From Balanoglossus misakiensis (taxonomy: Eukaryota; Animalia; Hemichordata): a DNA stretch of 64,000 nucleotides. Under the pieces are notes generated by a model. That model was not told where the DNA came from. It saw only the letters and a program-made list of their open reading frames with translations, and ran no database searches. A program made the position numbers and the translations under genes. This document shows positions 1 to 11,594 of the stretch, piece by piece. The stretch covers positions 14,189,350 through 14,253,349 of the forward strand of contig CM082581.2 in NCBI GenBank assembly GCA_040954595.2. Direction: 5' to 3'. Position 1 is the stretch's first letter. Every line of letters begins with the position of its first letter.

Positions 1-3000
1 TTTTGGACGATTTTCCTGAGCTATAACCCATGATTTCTTCAAAAATCGACGAATTTTCGAAAGTTCGGAAAAGTCGAAAATTCGGCGATTTTTGACGATT
101 TTCCTGAGCTATAACCATGATTTCTTCAAAAATCGACGAATTTCGAAAGTTCGGAAAAGTCGAAAATTCGGGCGATTTTTTGACGATTTCCTGAGCTATA
201 ACCCATGATTTCTTCAAAAATCGACGAATTTCGAAAGTTCGGAAAAGTCGAAAATTCGGCGATTTTTGACGATTTTCCTGAGCTATAACCCATGATTTCT
301 TCAAAAATCGACGAATTTCGAAAGTTGGGAAAAGTCGAAAAATCGGCGATTTTTGACGATTTTCCTGAGCTATAACCCATGATTTCTTCAAAAATCGACG
401 AATTTCGAAAGTTGGGAAAAGTCGAAAATCGGCGATTTTTGACGATTTTCCTGAGCTATAACCCATGATTTCTTCAAAAATCGACGAATTTCGAAAGTTG
501 GGAAAAGTCGAAAAATCGGCGATTTTTGACGATTTTCCTGAGCTATAACCCATGATTTCTTCAAAAATCGACGAATTTCGAAAGTTGGGAAAAGTCGAAA
601 AATCGGCGATTTTTGACGATTTTCCTGAGCTATAACCCATGATTTCTTCAAAAATCGACGAATTTCGAAAAGTTGGGAAAAGTCGAAAAATCGGCGATTT
701 TTGACGATTTTCCTGAGCTATAACCCATGATTTCTTCAAAAATCGACGAATTTCGAAAGTTGGGAAAAGTCGAAAAATCGGCGATTTTTGACGATTTTCC
801 TGAGCTATAACCCATGATTTCTTCAAAAATCGACGAATTTCGAAAGTGGGAAAAGTCGAAAAATCGGCGATTTTTGACGATTTTCCTGAGCTATAACCCA
901 TGATTTCTTCAAAAATCGACGAATTTCGAAAGTTGGGAAAAGTCGAAAATCGGCGAGATTTTCCTGAAGCTATAACCCATTGATTTCTTCAAAATCGACG
1001 AATTTCGAAAGTTGGGGAAAAGTCGAAAAATCGGCGATTTTTGACGGATTTTCCTGAGAGCTATAACCCATGATTTCTTCAAAAATCGACGATTTCGAAA
1101 GTTGGGAAAAGTCGAAAAATCGGCGATTTTTGACGATTTTCCTGAGCTATAACCCATGATTTCTTCAAAAATCGACGAATTTCGAAAGTTGGGAAAAGTC
1201 GAAAAATCGGCGATTTTTGACGATTTCCTGAGCTATAACCCATGATTTCTTCAAAAATCGACGAATTTCGAAAGTTGGGAAAAGTCGAAAAATCGGCGAT
1301 TTTTGACGATTTTCCTGAGCTATAACCCATGATTTCTTCAAAAATCGACGAATTTCGAAAGTTGGGAAAAGTCGAAAAATCGGCGATTTTGACGATTTTC
1401 CTGAGCTATAACCCATGATTTCTTCAAAAATCGACGAATTTCGAAAGTTGGGAAAAGTCGAAAAATCGGCGATTTTTGACGATTTTCCTGAGCTATAACC
1501 CATGATTTCTTCAAAAATCGACGAATTTCGAAAGTTGGGAAAAGTCGAAAATCGGCGATTTTTGACGATTTTCCTGAGCTATAACCCATGATTTCTTCAA
1601 AAATCGACGAATTTCGAAAGTTGGGGAAAAAGTCGAAAAAATCGGCGATTTTTGACGATTTTCCTGAGCTATAACCCATGATTTCTTCAAAAATCGACGA
1701 ATTTCGAAAGTTGGGAAAAGTCTGAAAAATACGGCGATTTTTGACGATTTTCCTGAGCTATAACCCATGATTTCTTCAAAAATCGACGAATTTCGAAAGT
1801 TGGAAAAGTCGAAAATTCGGCGATTTTTGACGATTTTCCTGAGCTATAACCCATGATTTCTTCAAAAATCGACGAATTTCGAAAGTTGGAAAAGTCGAAA
1901 AATCGGCGATTTTTGACGATTTTCCTGAGCTATAACCCATGATTTCTTCAAAAATCGACGAATTTCGAAAGTTGGGAAAAGTCGAAAAATCGGCGATTTT
2001 TGACGATTTTCCTGAGCTATAACCCATGATTTCTTCAAAAATCGACGAATTTCGAAAGTTGGGAAAAGTCGAAAAATCGGCGATTTTTGACGATTTTCCT
2101 GAGCTATAACCCATGATTTCTTCAAAAATCGACGAATTTCGAAAGTTGGGAAAAGTCGAAAAATCGGCGATTTTTGACGATTTTCCTGAGCTATAACCCA
2201 TGATTTCTTCAAAAATCGACGAATTTCGAAAGTTGGGAAAGTCGAAAAATCGGCGATTTTTGACGATTTTCCTGAGCTATAACCCATGATTTCTTCAAAA
2301 AACGACGAATTTCGAAAGTTGGGATAAGTCGAAAAATCGGCGATTTTTGACGATTTTCCTGTGCTATAACCCATGATTTCTTCAAAAATCGACGAATTTC
2401 GAAAGTTGGGAAAAGTCGAAAAATCGGCGATTTTTGACGATTTTCCTGAGCTATAACCCATGATTTCTTCAAAAATCGACGAATTTCGAAAGTTGGGAAA
2501 AGTCGAAAAATCGGCGATTTTTGACGATTTTCCTGAGCTATAACCCATGATTTCTTCAAAAATCGACGAATTTCGAAAGTTGGGAAAAGTCGAAAAATCG
2601 GCGATTTTTGACGATTTTCCTGAGCTATAACCCATGATTTCTTCAAAAATCGACGAATTTCGAAAGTTGGGAAAAGTCGAAAAATCGGCGATTTTTGACG
2701 ATTTTCCTGAGCTATAACCCATGATTTCTTCAAAAATCGACGAATTTCGAAAGTTGGGAAAAGTCGAAAAATCGGCGATTTTTGACGATTTTCCTGAGCT
2801 ATAACCCATGATTTCTTCAAAAATCGACGAATTTCGAAAGTTGGGAAAAGTCGAAAAATCGGCGATTTTGACGATTTTCCTGAGCTATAACCCATGATTT
2901 CTTCAAAAATCGACGAATTTCGAAAGTTGGGAAAAGTCGAAAAATCGGCGATTTTTGACGATTTTCCTGAGCTATAACCCATGATTTCTTCAAAAATCGA

Positions 3001-6000
3001 CGAATTTCGAAAGTTGGGAAAAGTCGAAAAATCGGCGATTTTTGACGATTTTCCTGAGCTATAACCCATGATTTCTTCAAAAATCGACGAATTTCGAAAG
3101 TTGGGAAAAGGCGAAAATCGGCGATTTTTGACGATTTTCCTGAGCTATACCCATGATTTCTTCAAAAATCGACGAATTTCGAAAGTTGGGAAAAGGCGAA
3201 AAATCGGCGATTTTTGACGATTTTCCTGAGCTATAACCCATGATTTCTTCAAAAATCGACGAATTTCGAAAGTTGGGAAAAGTCGAAAAATCGGCGATTT
3301 TTGACGATTTTCCTGAGCTATAACCCATGATTTCTTCAAAATCGACGAATTTCGAAAGTTGGGAAAAGTCGAAAAATCGGCGATTTTTGACGATTTTCCT
3401 GAGCTATAACCCATGATTTCTTCAAAAATCGACGAATTTCGAAAGTTGGGAAAAGTCGAAAAATCGGCGATTTTTGACGATTTTCCTGAGCTATAACCCA
3501 TGATTTCTTCAAAAATCGACGAATTTCGAAAGTTGGGAAAAGTCGAAAAATCGGCGATTTTTGACGATTTTCCTGAGCTATAACCCATGATTTCTTCAAA
3601 AATCGAAGAATTTCGAAAAGTTGGGAAAAGTCGAAAAATCGGCGATTTTTGACGATTTTCCTGAGCTATAACCCATGATTTCTTCAAAAATCGACGAATT
3701 TCGAAAGTTGGGAAAAGTCGAAAAATCGGCGATTTTTGACGATTTTCCTGAGCTATAACCCATGATTTCTTCAAAATCGACGAATTTCGAAAGTTGGGAA
3801 AAGTCGAAAAATCGGCGATTTTGACGATTTTCCTGAGCTATAACCCATGATTTCTTCAAAATCGACGAATTTCGAAAGTTGGGAAAAGTCGAAAAATCGG
3901 CGATTTTGACGATTTTCCTGAGCTATAACCCATGATTTCTTCAAAAATCGACGAATTTCGAAAGTTGGGAAAAGTCGAAAAATCGGCGATTTTTGACGAT
4001 TTTCCTGAGCTATAACCCATGATTTTCTTCAAAAATCGACGAATTTCGAAAGTTGGGAAAGTCGAAAAATCGGCGATTTTTGACGATTTTCCTGAGCTAT
4101 AACCCATGATTTCTTCAAAAATCGACGAATTTCGAAAGTTGGGAAAAGTCGAAAAATCGGCGATTTTGACGATTTTCCTGAGCTATAACCCATGATTTCT
4201 TCAAAAATCGACGAATTCGAAAGTTGGGAAAAGTCGAAAAATCGGCGATTTTTGACGATTTTCCTGAGCTATAACCCATGATTTCTTCAAAAATCGACGA
4301 ATTTCGAAGTTGGGAAAAGTCGAAAAATCGGCGATTTTTGACGATTTTCCTGAGCTATAACCCATGATTTCTTCAAAAATCGACGAATTTCGAAAGTTGG
4401 GAAAAGTCGAAAAATCGGCGATTTTTGACGATTTTCCTGAGCTATAACCCATGATTTCTTCAAAAATCGACGAATTTCGAAAGTTGGGAAAAGTCGAAAA
4501 ATCGGCGATTTTTGACGATTTTCCTGAGCTATAACCCATGATTTCTTCAAAAAATCGACGAATTTCGAAAGTTGGGAAAAGTCGAAAAATCGGCGATTTT
4601 TGACGATTTTCCTGAGCTATAACCCATGATTTCTTCAAAAATCGACGAATTTCGAAAGTTGGGAAAAGTCGAAAAATCGGCGATTTTGACGATTTTCCTG
4701 AGCTATAACCCATGATTTCTTCAAAAAATCGACGAATTTCGAAAGTTGGGAAAAGTCGAAAAATCGGCGATTTTTGACGATTTTCCTGAGCTATAACCCA
4801 TGATTTCTTCAAAAATCGACGAATTTCGAAAGTTGGGAAAAGGCGAAAAATCGGCGATTTTTGACGATTTTCCTGAGCTATAACCCATGATTTCTTCAAA
4901 AATCGACGAATTTCGAAAGTTGGGAAAAGTCGAAAAATCGGCGATTTTTGACGATTTTTCCTGAGCTATAACCCATGATTTCTTCAAAAATCGACGAATT
5001 TCGAAAGTTGGGAAAAGTCGAAAAATCGGCGATTTTTGACGATTTTCCTGAGCTATAACCCATGATTTCTTCAAAAATCGACGAATTTCGAAAGTTGGGA
5101 AAAGTCGAAAAATCGGCGATTTTTGACGATTTTCCTGAGCTATAACCCATGATTTCTTCAAAAATCGACGAATTTCGAAAGTTGGGAAAAGTCGAAAAAT
5201 CGGCGATTTTTGACGATTTTCCTGAGCTATAACCCATGATTTCTTCAAAAATCGACGAATTTCGAAAGTTGGGAAAAGTCGAAAAATCGGCGATTTTTGA
5301 CGATTTTCCTGAGCTATAACCCATGATTTCTTCAAAAATCGACGAATTTCGAAAGTTGGGAAAAGTCGAAAAATCGGCGATTTTTGACGATTTTCCTCAG
5401 CTATTACCCATGATTTCTTCAAAAATCGACGAATTTCGAAAGTTGGGAAAAGTCGAAAAATCGGCGATTTTTGACGATTTTCCTGAGCTATAACCCATGA
5501 TTTCTTCAAAAATCGACGAATTTCGAAAGTTGGGAAAAGTCGAAAAATCGGCGATTTTTGACGATTTTCCTGAGCTATAACCCATGATTTCTTCAAAAAT
5601 CGACGAATTTCGAAAGTTGGGAAAAGTCGAAAAATCGGCGATTTTTGACGATTTTCCTGAGCTATAACCCATGATTTCTTCAAAAATCGACGAATTTCGA
5701 AAGTTGGGAAAAGTCGAAAAATCGGCGATTTTTGACGATTTTCCTGAGCTATAACCCATGATTTCTTCAAAAATCGACGAATTTCGAAAGTTGGGAAAAG
5801 TCGAAAAATCGGCGATTTTTGACGATTTTCCTGAGCTATAACCCATGATTTCTTCAAAAATCGACGAATTTCGAAAGTTGGGAAAAGTCGAAAAATCGGC
5901 GATTTTTGACGATTTTCCTGAGCTATAACCCATGATTTCTTCAAAAATCGACGAATTTCGAAAGTTGGGAAATGTCGAAAAATCGGCGATTTTTGACGAT

Positions 6001-8305
6001 TTTCCTCAGCTATTACCCATGATTTCTTCAAAAATCGACGAATTTCGAAAGTTGGGAAAAGTCGAAAATTCGGCGATTTTTGACGATTTTCCTGAGCTAT
6101 AACCCATGATTTCTTCAAAAATCGACGAATTTCGAAAGTTGGGAAAAGTCGAAAAATCGGCGATTTTCGACGATTTTCCTGAGCTATAACCCATGATTTC
6201 TTCAAAAATCGACGAATTTCGAAAGTTGGGAAAAGTCGAAAAATCGGCGATTTTCGACGATTTTCCTGAGCTATAACCCATGATTTCTTCAAAAATCGAC
6301 GAATTTCGAAAGTTGGGAAAAGTCGAAAATTCGGCGATTTTTGACGATTTTCCTGAGCTATAACCCATGATTTCTTCAAAAATCGACGAATTTCGAAAGT
6401 TGGGAAAAGTCGAAAAATCGGCGATTTTTGACGATTTTCCTGAGCTATAACCCATGATTTCTTCAAAAATCGACGAATTTCGAAAGTTGGGAAAAGTCGA
6501 AAAATCGGCGATTTTTGACGATTTTCCTGAGCTATAACCCATGATTTCTTCAAAAATCGACGAATTTCGAAAGTTGGGAAAAGTCGAAAAATCGGCGATT
6601 TTTGACGATTTTCCTGAACTATAACCCATGATTTCTTCAAAAATCGACGAATTTCGAAAGTTGGGAAAAGTCGAAAAATCGGCGATTTTTGAGGATTTTC
6701 CTGAGCTATAACCCATGATTTCTTCAAAAATCGACGAATTTCGAAAGTTGGGAAAAGTCGAAAAATCGGCGATTTTTGACGATTTTCCTGAGCTATAACC
6801 CATGATTTCTTCAAAAATCGACGAATTTCGAAAGTTGGGAAAAGTCGAAAAATCGGCGATTTTTGACGATTTTCCTGAGCTATAACCCATGATTTCTTCA
6901 AAAATCGACGAATTTCGAAAGTTGGGAAAAGTCGAAAAATCGGCGATTTTTGACGATTTTCCTGAGCTATAACCCATGATTTCTTCAAAAATCGACGAAT
7001 TTCGAAAGTTGGGAAAAGTCGAAAAATCGGCGATTTTTGACGATTTTCCTGAGCTATAACCCATGATTTCTTCAAAAATCGACGAATTTCGAAATTTGGG
7101 AAAAGTCGAAAAATCGGCGATTTTTGACGATTTTCCTGAGCTATAACCCATGATTTCTTCAAAAATCGACGAATTTCGAAATTTGGGAAAAGTCGAAAAA
7201 TCGGCGATTTTTGACGATTTTCCTGAGCTATAACCCATGATTTCTTCAAAAATCGACGAATTTCGAAAGTTGGGAAAAGTCGAAAAATCGGCGATTTTTG
7301 ACGATTTTCCTGAGCTATAACCCATGATTTCTTCAAAAATCGACGAATTTCGAAAGTTGGGAATAGTCGAAAAATCGGCGATTTTTGACGATTTTCCTGA
7401 GCTATAACCCATGATTTCTTCAAAAATCGACGAATTTCGAAAGTTGGGAAAAGTCGAAAAATCGGCGATTTTTGACGATTTTCCTGAGCTATAACCCATG
7501 ATTTCTTCAAAAATCGACGAATTTCGAAAGTTGGGAAAAGTCGAAAAATCGGCGATTTTTGACGATTTTCCTGAGCTATAACCCATGATTTCTTCAAAAA
7601 TCGACGAATTCCGAAAGTTGGGAAAAGTCGAAAAATCGGCGATTTTTGACGATTTTCCTGAGCTATAACCCATGATTTCTTCAAAAATCGACGAATTTCG
7701 AAAGTTGGGAAAAGTCGAAAAATCGGCGATTTTTGACGATTTTCCTGAGCTATAACCCATGATTTCTTCAAAAATCGACGAATTTCGAAAGTTGGGAAAA
7801 GTCGAAAAATCGGCGATTTTTGACGATTTTCCTGAGCTATAACCCATGATTTCTTCAAAAATCGACGAATTTCGAAAGTTGGGAAAAGTCGAAAAATCGG
7901 CGATTTTTGACGATTTTCCTGAGCTATAACCCATGATTTCTTCAAAAATCGACGAATTTCGAAAGTTGGGAAAAGTCGAAAAATCGGCGATTTTTGACGA
8001 TTTTCCTGAGCTATAACCCATGATTTCTTCAAAAATCGACGAATTTCGAAAGTTGGGAAAAGTCGAAAAATCGGCGATTTTTGACGATTTTCCTGAGCTA
8101 TAACCCATGATTTCTTCAAAAATCGACGAATTTCGAAAGTTGGGAAAAGTCGAAAAATCGGCGATTTTTGACGATTTTCCTGAGCTATAACCCATGATTT
8201 CTTCAAAAATCGACGAATTTCGAAAGTTGGGAAAAGTCGAAAAATCGGCGATTTTTGACGATTTTCCTGAGCTATAACCCATGATTTCTTCAAAAATCGA
8301 CGAAT
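1..8305. repeat. 87-bp tandem satellite (Sat-A), ~95 copies, running off the window start
   Basis: Unit TTTCTTCAAAAATCGACGAATTTCGAAAGTTGGGAAAAGTCGAAAAATCGGCGATTTTTGACGATTTTCCTGAGCTATAACCCATGA repeats head-to-tail. The ORF track shows a 29-aa (87-nt) period. Homopolymer indels are frequent before ~5 kb; copies are near-identical afterwards. Confidence 0.99.
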
Positions 8306-8490
8306 TTTCGAAATTTTTGATAAAAATCATGGGTTATAGCTCATGAAAATCATCCGAAATTGTCGATTTTTCGACTTTGGGAAATTTCGAAATTTCTTCG
8401 ATTTTTGATAAAATATCATGGGTTATAGCTCATGAAAATCATCCAAAAATGATAATTTTTCGACTTTTCGAATTTTCAAAATTTCTTTCT
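8306..8490. repeat. About two diverged Sat-A copies in inverted orientation, forming a fold-back junction
   Basis: ATCATGGGTTATAGCTCATGAAAATCATCCGAAATTGTCGATTTTTCGACTTT... aligns with the reverse complement of the Sat-A unit. Arms 8268-8287 and 8324-8343 are exact reverse complements. Confidence 0.93.
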
Positions 8491-8491
8491 G

Positions 8492-9922
8492 CATTGGTTA
8501 TAGTTCATGAACGCTCAAAAAATGTCAAATTCTCGACTTTGAAAATTTTGCTTATTTTGGCATTTTCATGTCATATGCATGGGTGACAGTTCATGAACGC
8601 TCAAAAAATGTCAAATTCTCGACTTTGAAAATTTTGCTCATTTTGGCATTTCCATGTCGTATGCATGGGTTATAGCTCATGAACGCTCAAAAAATGTCAA
8701 ATTCCCGACTTTGAAAATTTTGCTCATTTTGGCATATGCATGGGTTATAGCTCATGAACGCTCAAAAAACGACAAATCCTCGACTTTGAAAATTTTGCTC
8801 ATTTTGGCATTTCCATGTCATATGCATGGGTTATAGCTCATGAACGCTCAAAAAATGTCAAATTCTCGACTTTGAAAATTTTGCTCATTTTGGCATTTTC
8901 ATGTCATATGCATGGGTTATAGCTCATGAATGCTCAAAAAATGACAAATTCTCGACTTTTAAAATTTTGCTCATTTTGGCATTTATGTGTCATATGCATG
9001 GGTTATAGCTCATGAACGCTCAAAAAACGACAAATTCTCGACTTAGAAAAATTTTGCTCATTTTGGCATTTCCATGTCATATGCATGGGTTATAGCTCAT
9101 GAACGCTCAAAAAACGACAAATCCTCGACTTTGAAAATTTTGCTCATTTTGGCATTTCCATGTCATATGCATGGGTTATAGCTCATGAACGCTCAAAAAA
9201 TGTCAAATTCTCGACTTTGAAAATTTTGCTCATTTTGGCATTTTCATGTCATATGCATGGGTTATAGCTCATGAATGCTCAAAAAATGACAAATTCTCGA
9301 CTTTTAAAATTTTGCTCATTTTGGCATTTATGTGTCATATGCATGGGTTATAGCTCATGAACGCTCAAAAAACGACAAATTCTCGACTTAGAAAAATTTT
9401 GCTCATTTTGGCATTTCCATGTCATATGCATGGGTTATAGGTCATGATCGCTCAAAAAATGTCAAATTCTCGACTTTGAAAATTTTGCTCATTTTGGCAT
9501 TTCCATGTCATATGCATGGGTTATAGCTCATGAACGCTCAAAAAATGACAAATTCTCGACTTTGAAAATTTTGCTCATTTTGGCATTTCCATGTCATATG
9601 CATGGGTTATAGCTCATGAACGCTCAAAAAATGACAAATTCTCGACTTTGAAAATTTTGCTCATTTTGGCATTTCCATGTCATATGCATGGGTTATAGCT
9701 CATTAACGCTCAAAAAATGACAAATTCTCGACTTTGAAAATTTTGCTCATTTTGGCATTTCCATGTCATATGCATGGGTTACAGCTCATGAACGCTCAAA
9801 TAATGACAAATTCTCGACTTTGAAAATTTTGCTCATTTTGGCATTTTATTATCATATTCATGGGTTACAGTTCATGAACGCTCAAAAATGACAAATTCTC
9901 GAGTTTGAAAATTTTGAAAATT
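8492..9922. repeat. 86-bp tandem satellite (Sat-B), ~16 copies, related to inverted Sat-A
   Basis: Unit CATGGGTTATAGCTCATGAACGCTCAAAAAATGACAAATTCTCGACTTTGAAAATTTTGCTCATTTTGGCATTTCCATGTCATATG (e.g. 9601-9686). Shares CATGGGTTATAGCTCA and the next ~35 nt with reverse-complemented Sat-A. Confidence 0.97.
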
Positions 9923-10449
9923 GGAGACTGCCAGCAACAGTTACAGCTGCATTGAGGAAAAGGAAAACTTCGTCCTAAGCTTGGTTGCCGGATACCCATC
10001 TGGTCTTCGCATCTGCTAAAAAAGCAATGTAAACACGAATGTGAATAACATACATAAACATGAAACAAAGCATGATCACCACTGTACGCCAATTGTTGTT
10101 CATTCGCATTTGTCAACTTGATTAAATTCTACAGCAGCAACAACGACCGAGATCTGCCCACTTAAGCTCCTGGACATTGTGAACAAACACACCCTTATCC
10201 ACACTCCAACCATGTATTTTCTCCGTCATTGCTTCAATTTTCTTTCCCACACCTCTTACCTTCCCACAACCATTCGGCAATCTCTGGACATCAATCATTC
10301 AGGCTGGCAATCACCTTAGCATCATATAATACGGGGTCCCTGGAATAAATGAAAAGTATGTAAATGGAATGTCTCCTACAAAGATGGCGAACATGAAAAG
10401 AGGGGCTTTGATGTCTATATCGCTTGTCAAACCTTGTTTGAAACCTTTG

Positions 10450-10790
10450 GTCTTCGTTCAGCCATAGAACATACTGCCTTTACCGCACCCAGCTATACTG
10501 CTACATGGCGAATATAACTAGTCACTTAGGCCCAAGCTTGGTTGATGAATACCACAATCTTTTGATCTCGTCTCTGGATCTGCAAAACAAGCAAATGAAA
10601 GTGAATGACTAATATTCATGATCGTTCAGCCATGGAACATACCTGCCTTTAACTCACACAGCTATACCGCTGCATGGCGAATATAACTAGTCACTTAAGC
10701 CCCAAGCATGGTTGATGAATACCCTTCATCAGTTGATCTCGTCTCTGCATCTGCAAAAAACAAACAAAAGAAGTGAATATCTATAATAGG
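10450..10790. repeat. Tandem duplication of a ~170-bp hairpin+exon module
   Basis: TTCAGCCAT(A/G)GAACATAC...CATGGCGAATATAACTAGTCACTTA...CCAAGC(T/A)TGGTTGATGAATACC...GATCTCGTCTCTG(G/C)ATCTGCAAAA occurs twice (from 10457 and 10625). Confidence 0.9.
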
Positions 10791-10830
10791 AAAACGTCAA
10801 AAGACCACAAATCTGAAAAATAAAATTCGC

Positions 10831-11594
10831 GAAGATGATCGGTACGGAAATAAACCACTCCAAGTATTTTGAGTGCGTGTATGTTTTTATTTTATTTTTA
10901 TTGAATAATGACGAAAGATAACATATCTAAAAAACTGTATTAACTATATACGTGAGGGGGAAGATGATCGGTACGGAAATAAACCACTCCAAGTATTTTG
11001 AGTGCGTGTATGTTTTTATTTTATTTTTATTGAATAATGACGAAAGATAACATATCTAAAAAACCTGTATTAACTATATACGTGAGCGGGAAGATGATCG
11101 GTACGGAAATAAACCACTCCAAGTATTTTGAGTGCGTGTATGTTTTTATTTTATTTTTATTGAATAATGACGAAAGATAACATATCTAAAAAACTGTATT
11201 AACTATATACGTGAGGGGGAAGATGATCGGTACGGAAATAAACCACTCCAAGTATTTTGAGTGCGTGTATGTTTTTATTTTATTTTTATTGAATAATGAC
11301 GAAAGATAACATATCTAAAAAACCTGTATTAACTATATACGTGAGCGGGAAGATGATCGGTACGGAAATAAACCACTCCAAGTATTTTGAGTGCGTGTAT
11401 GTTTTTATTTTATTTTTATTGAATAATGACGAAAGATAACATATCTAAAAAAAACCTGTATTAACTATATACGTGAGCGGGAAGATGATCGGTACGGAAA
11501 TAAACCACTCCAAGTATTTTGAGTGCGTGTATGTTTTTATTTTATTTTTATTGAATAATGACGAAAGATAACATATCTCAAAAAAACTTGTATT
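10831..11594. repeat. 129-132-bp tandem repeat, ~5.9 copies
   Basis: GAAGATGATCGGTACGGAAATAAACCACTCC... starts at 10831, 10960, 11090, 11219, 11349 and 11481. Confidence 0.97.

Noticed and set aside
1-4960. Frequent switching between the two repeat reading frames (programmed frameshifting or phase variation)
   Set aside because: Indels are almost all in homopolymers and cluster toward the window start, as expected for low-coverage long-read error at a contig end.
1-8305. CENP-B box in Sat-A (TTTCGAAAGTTGGGA)
   Set aside because: Does not fit NTTCGNNNNANNCGGGN on either strand.
4721-8330. 1190-aa and 774-aa minus-strand repeat ORFs (KKSWVIAQ.. / MGYSSGK..)
   Set aside because: By-product of an 87-bp (3n) unit lacking stops in two frames. 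Variants change amino acids in both frames, one creates a stop in the MGYSS frame, and there is no unique domain or gene context.
1-11594. CRISPR array
   Set aside because: Units are contiguous with no unique spacers, there are no cas genes, and the context is eukaryotic.
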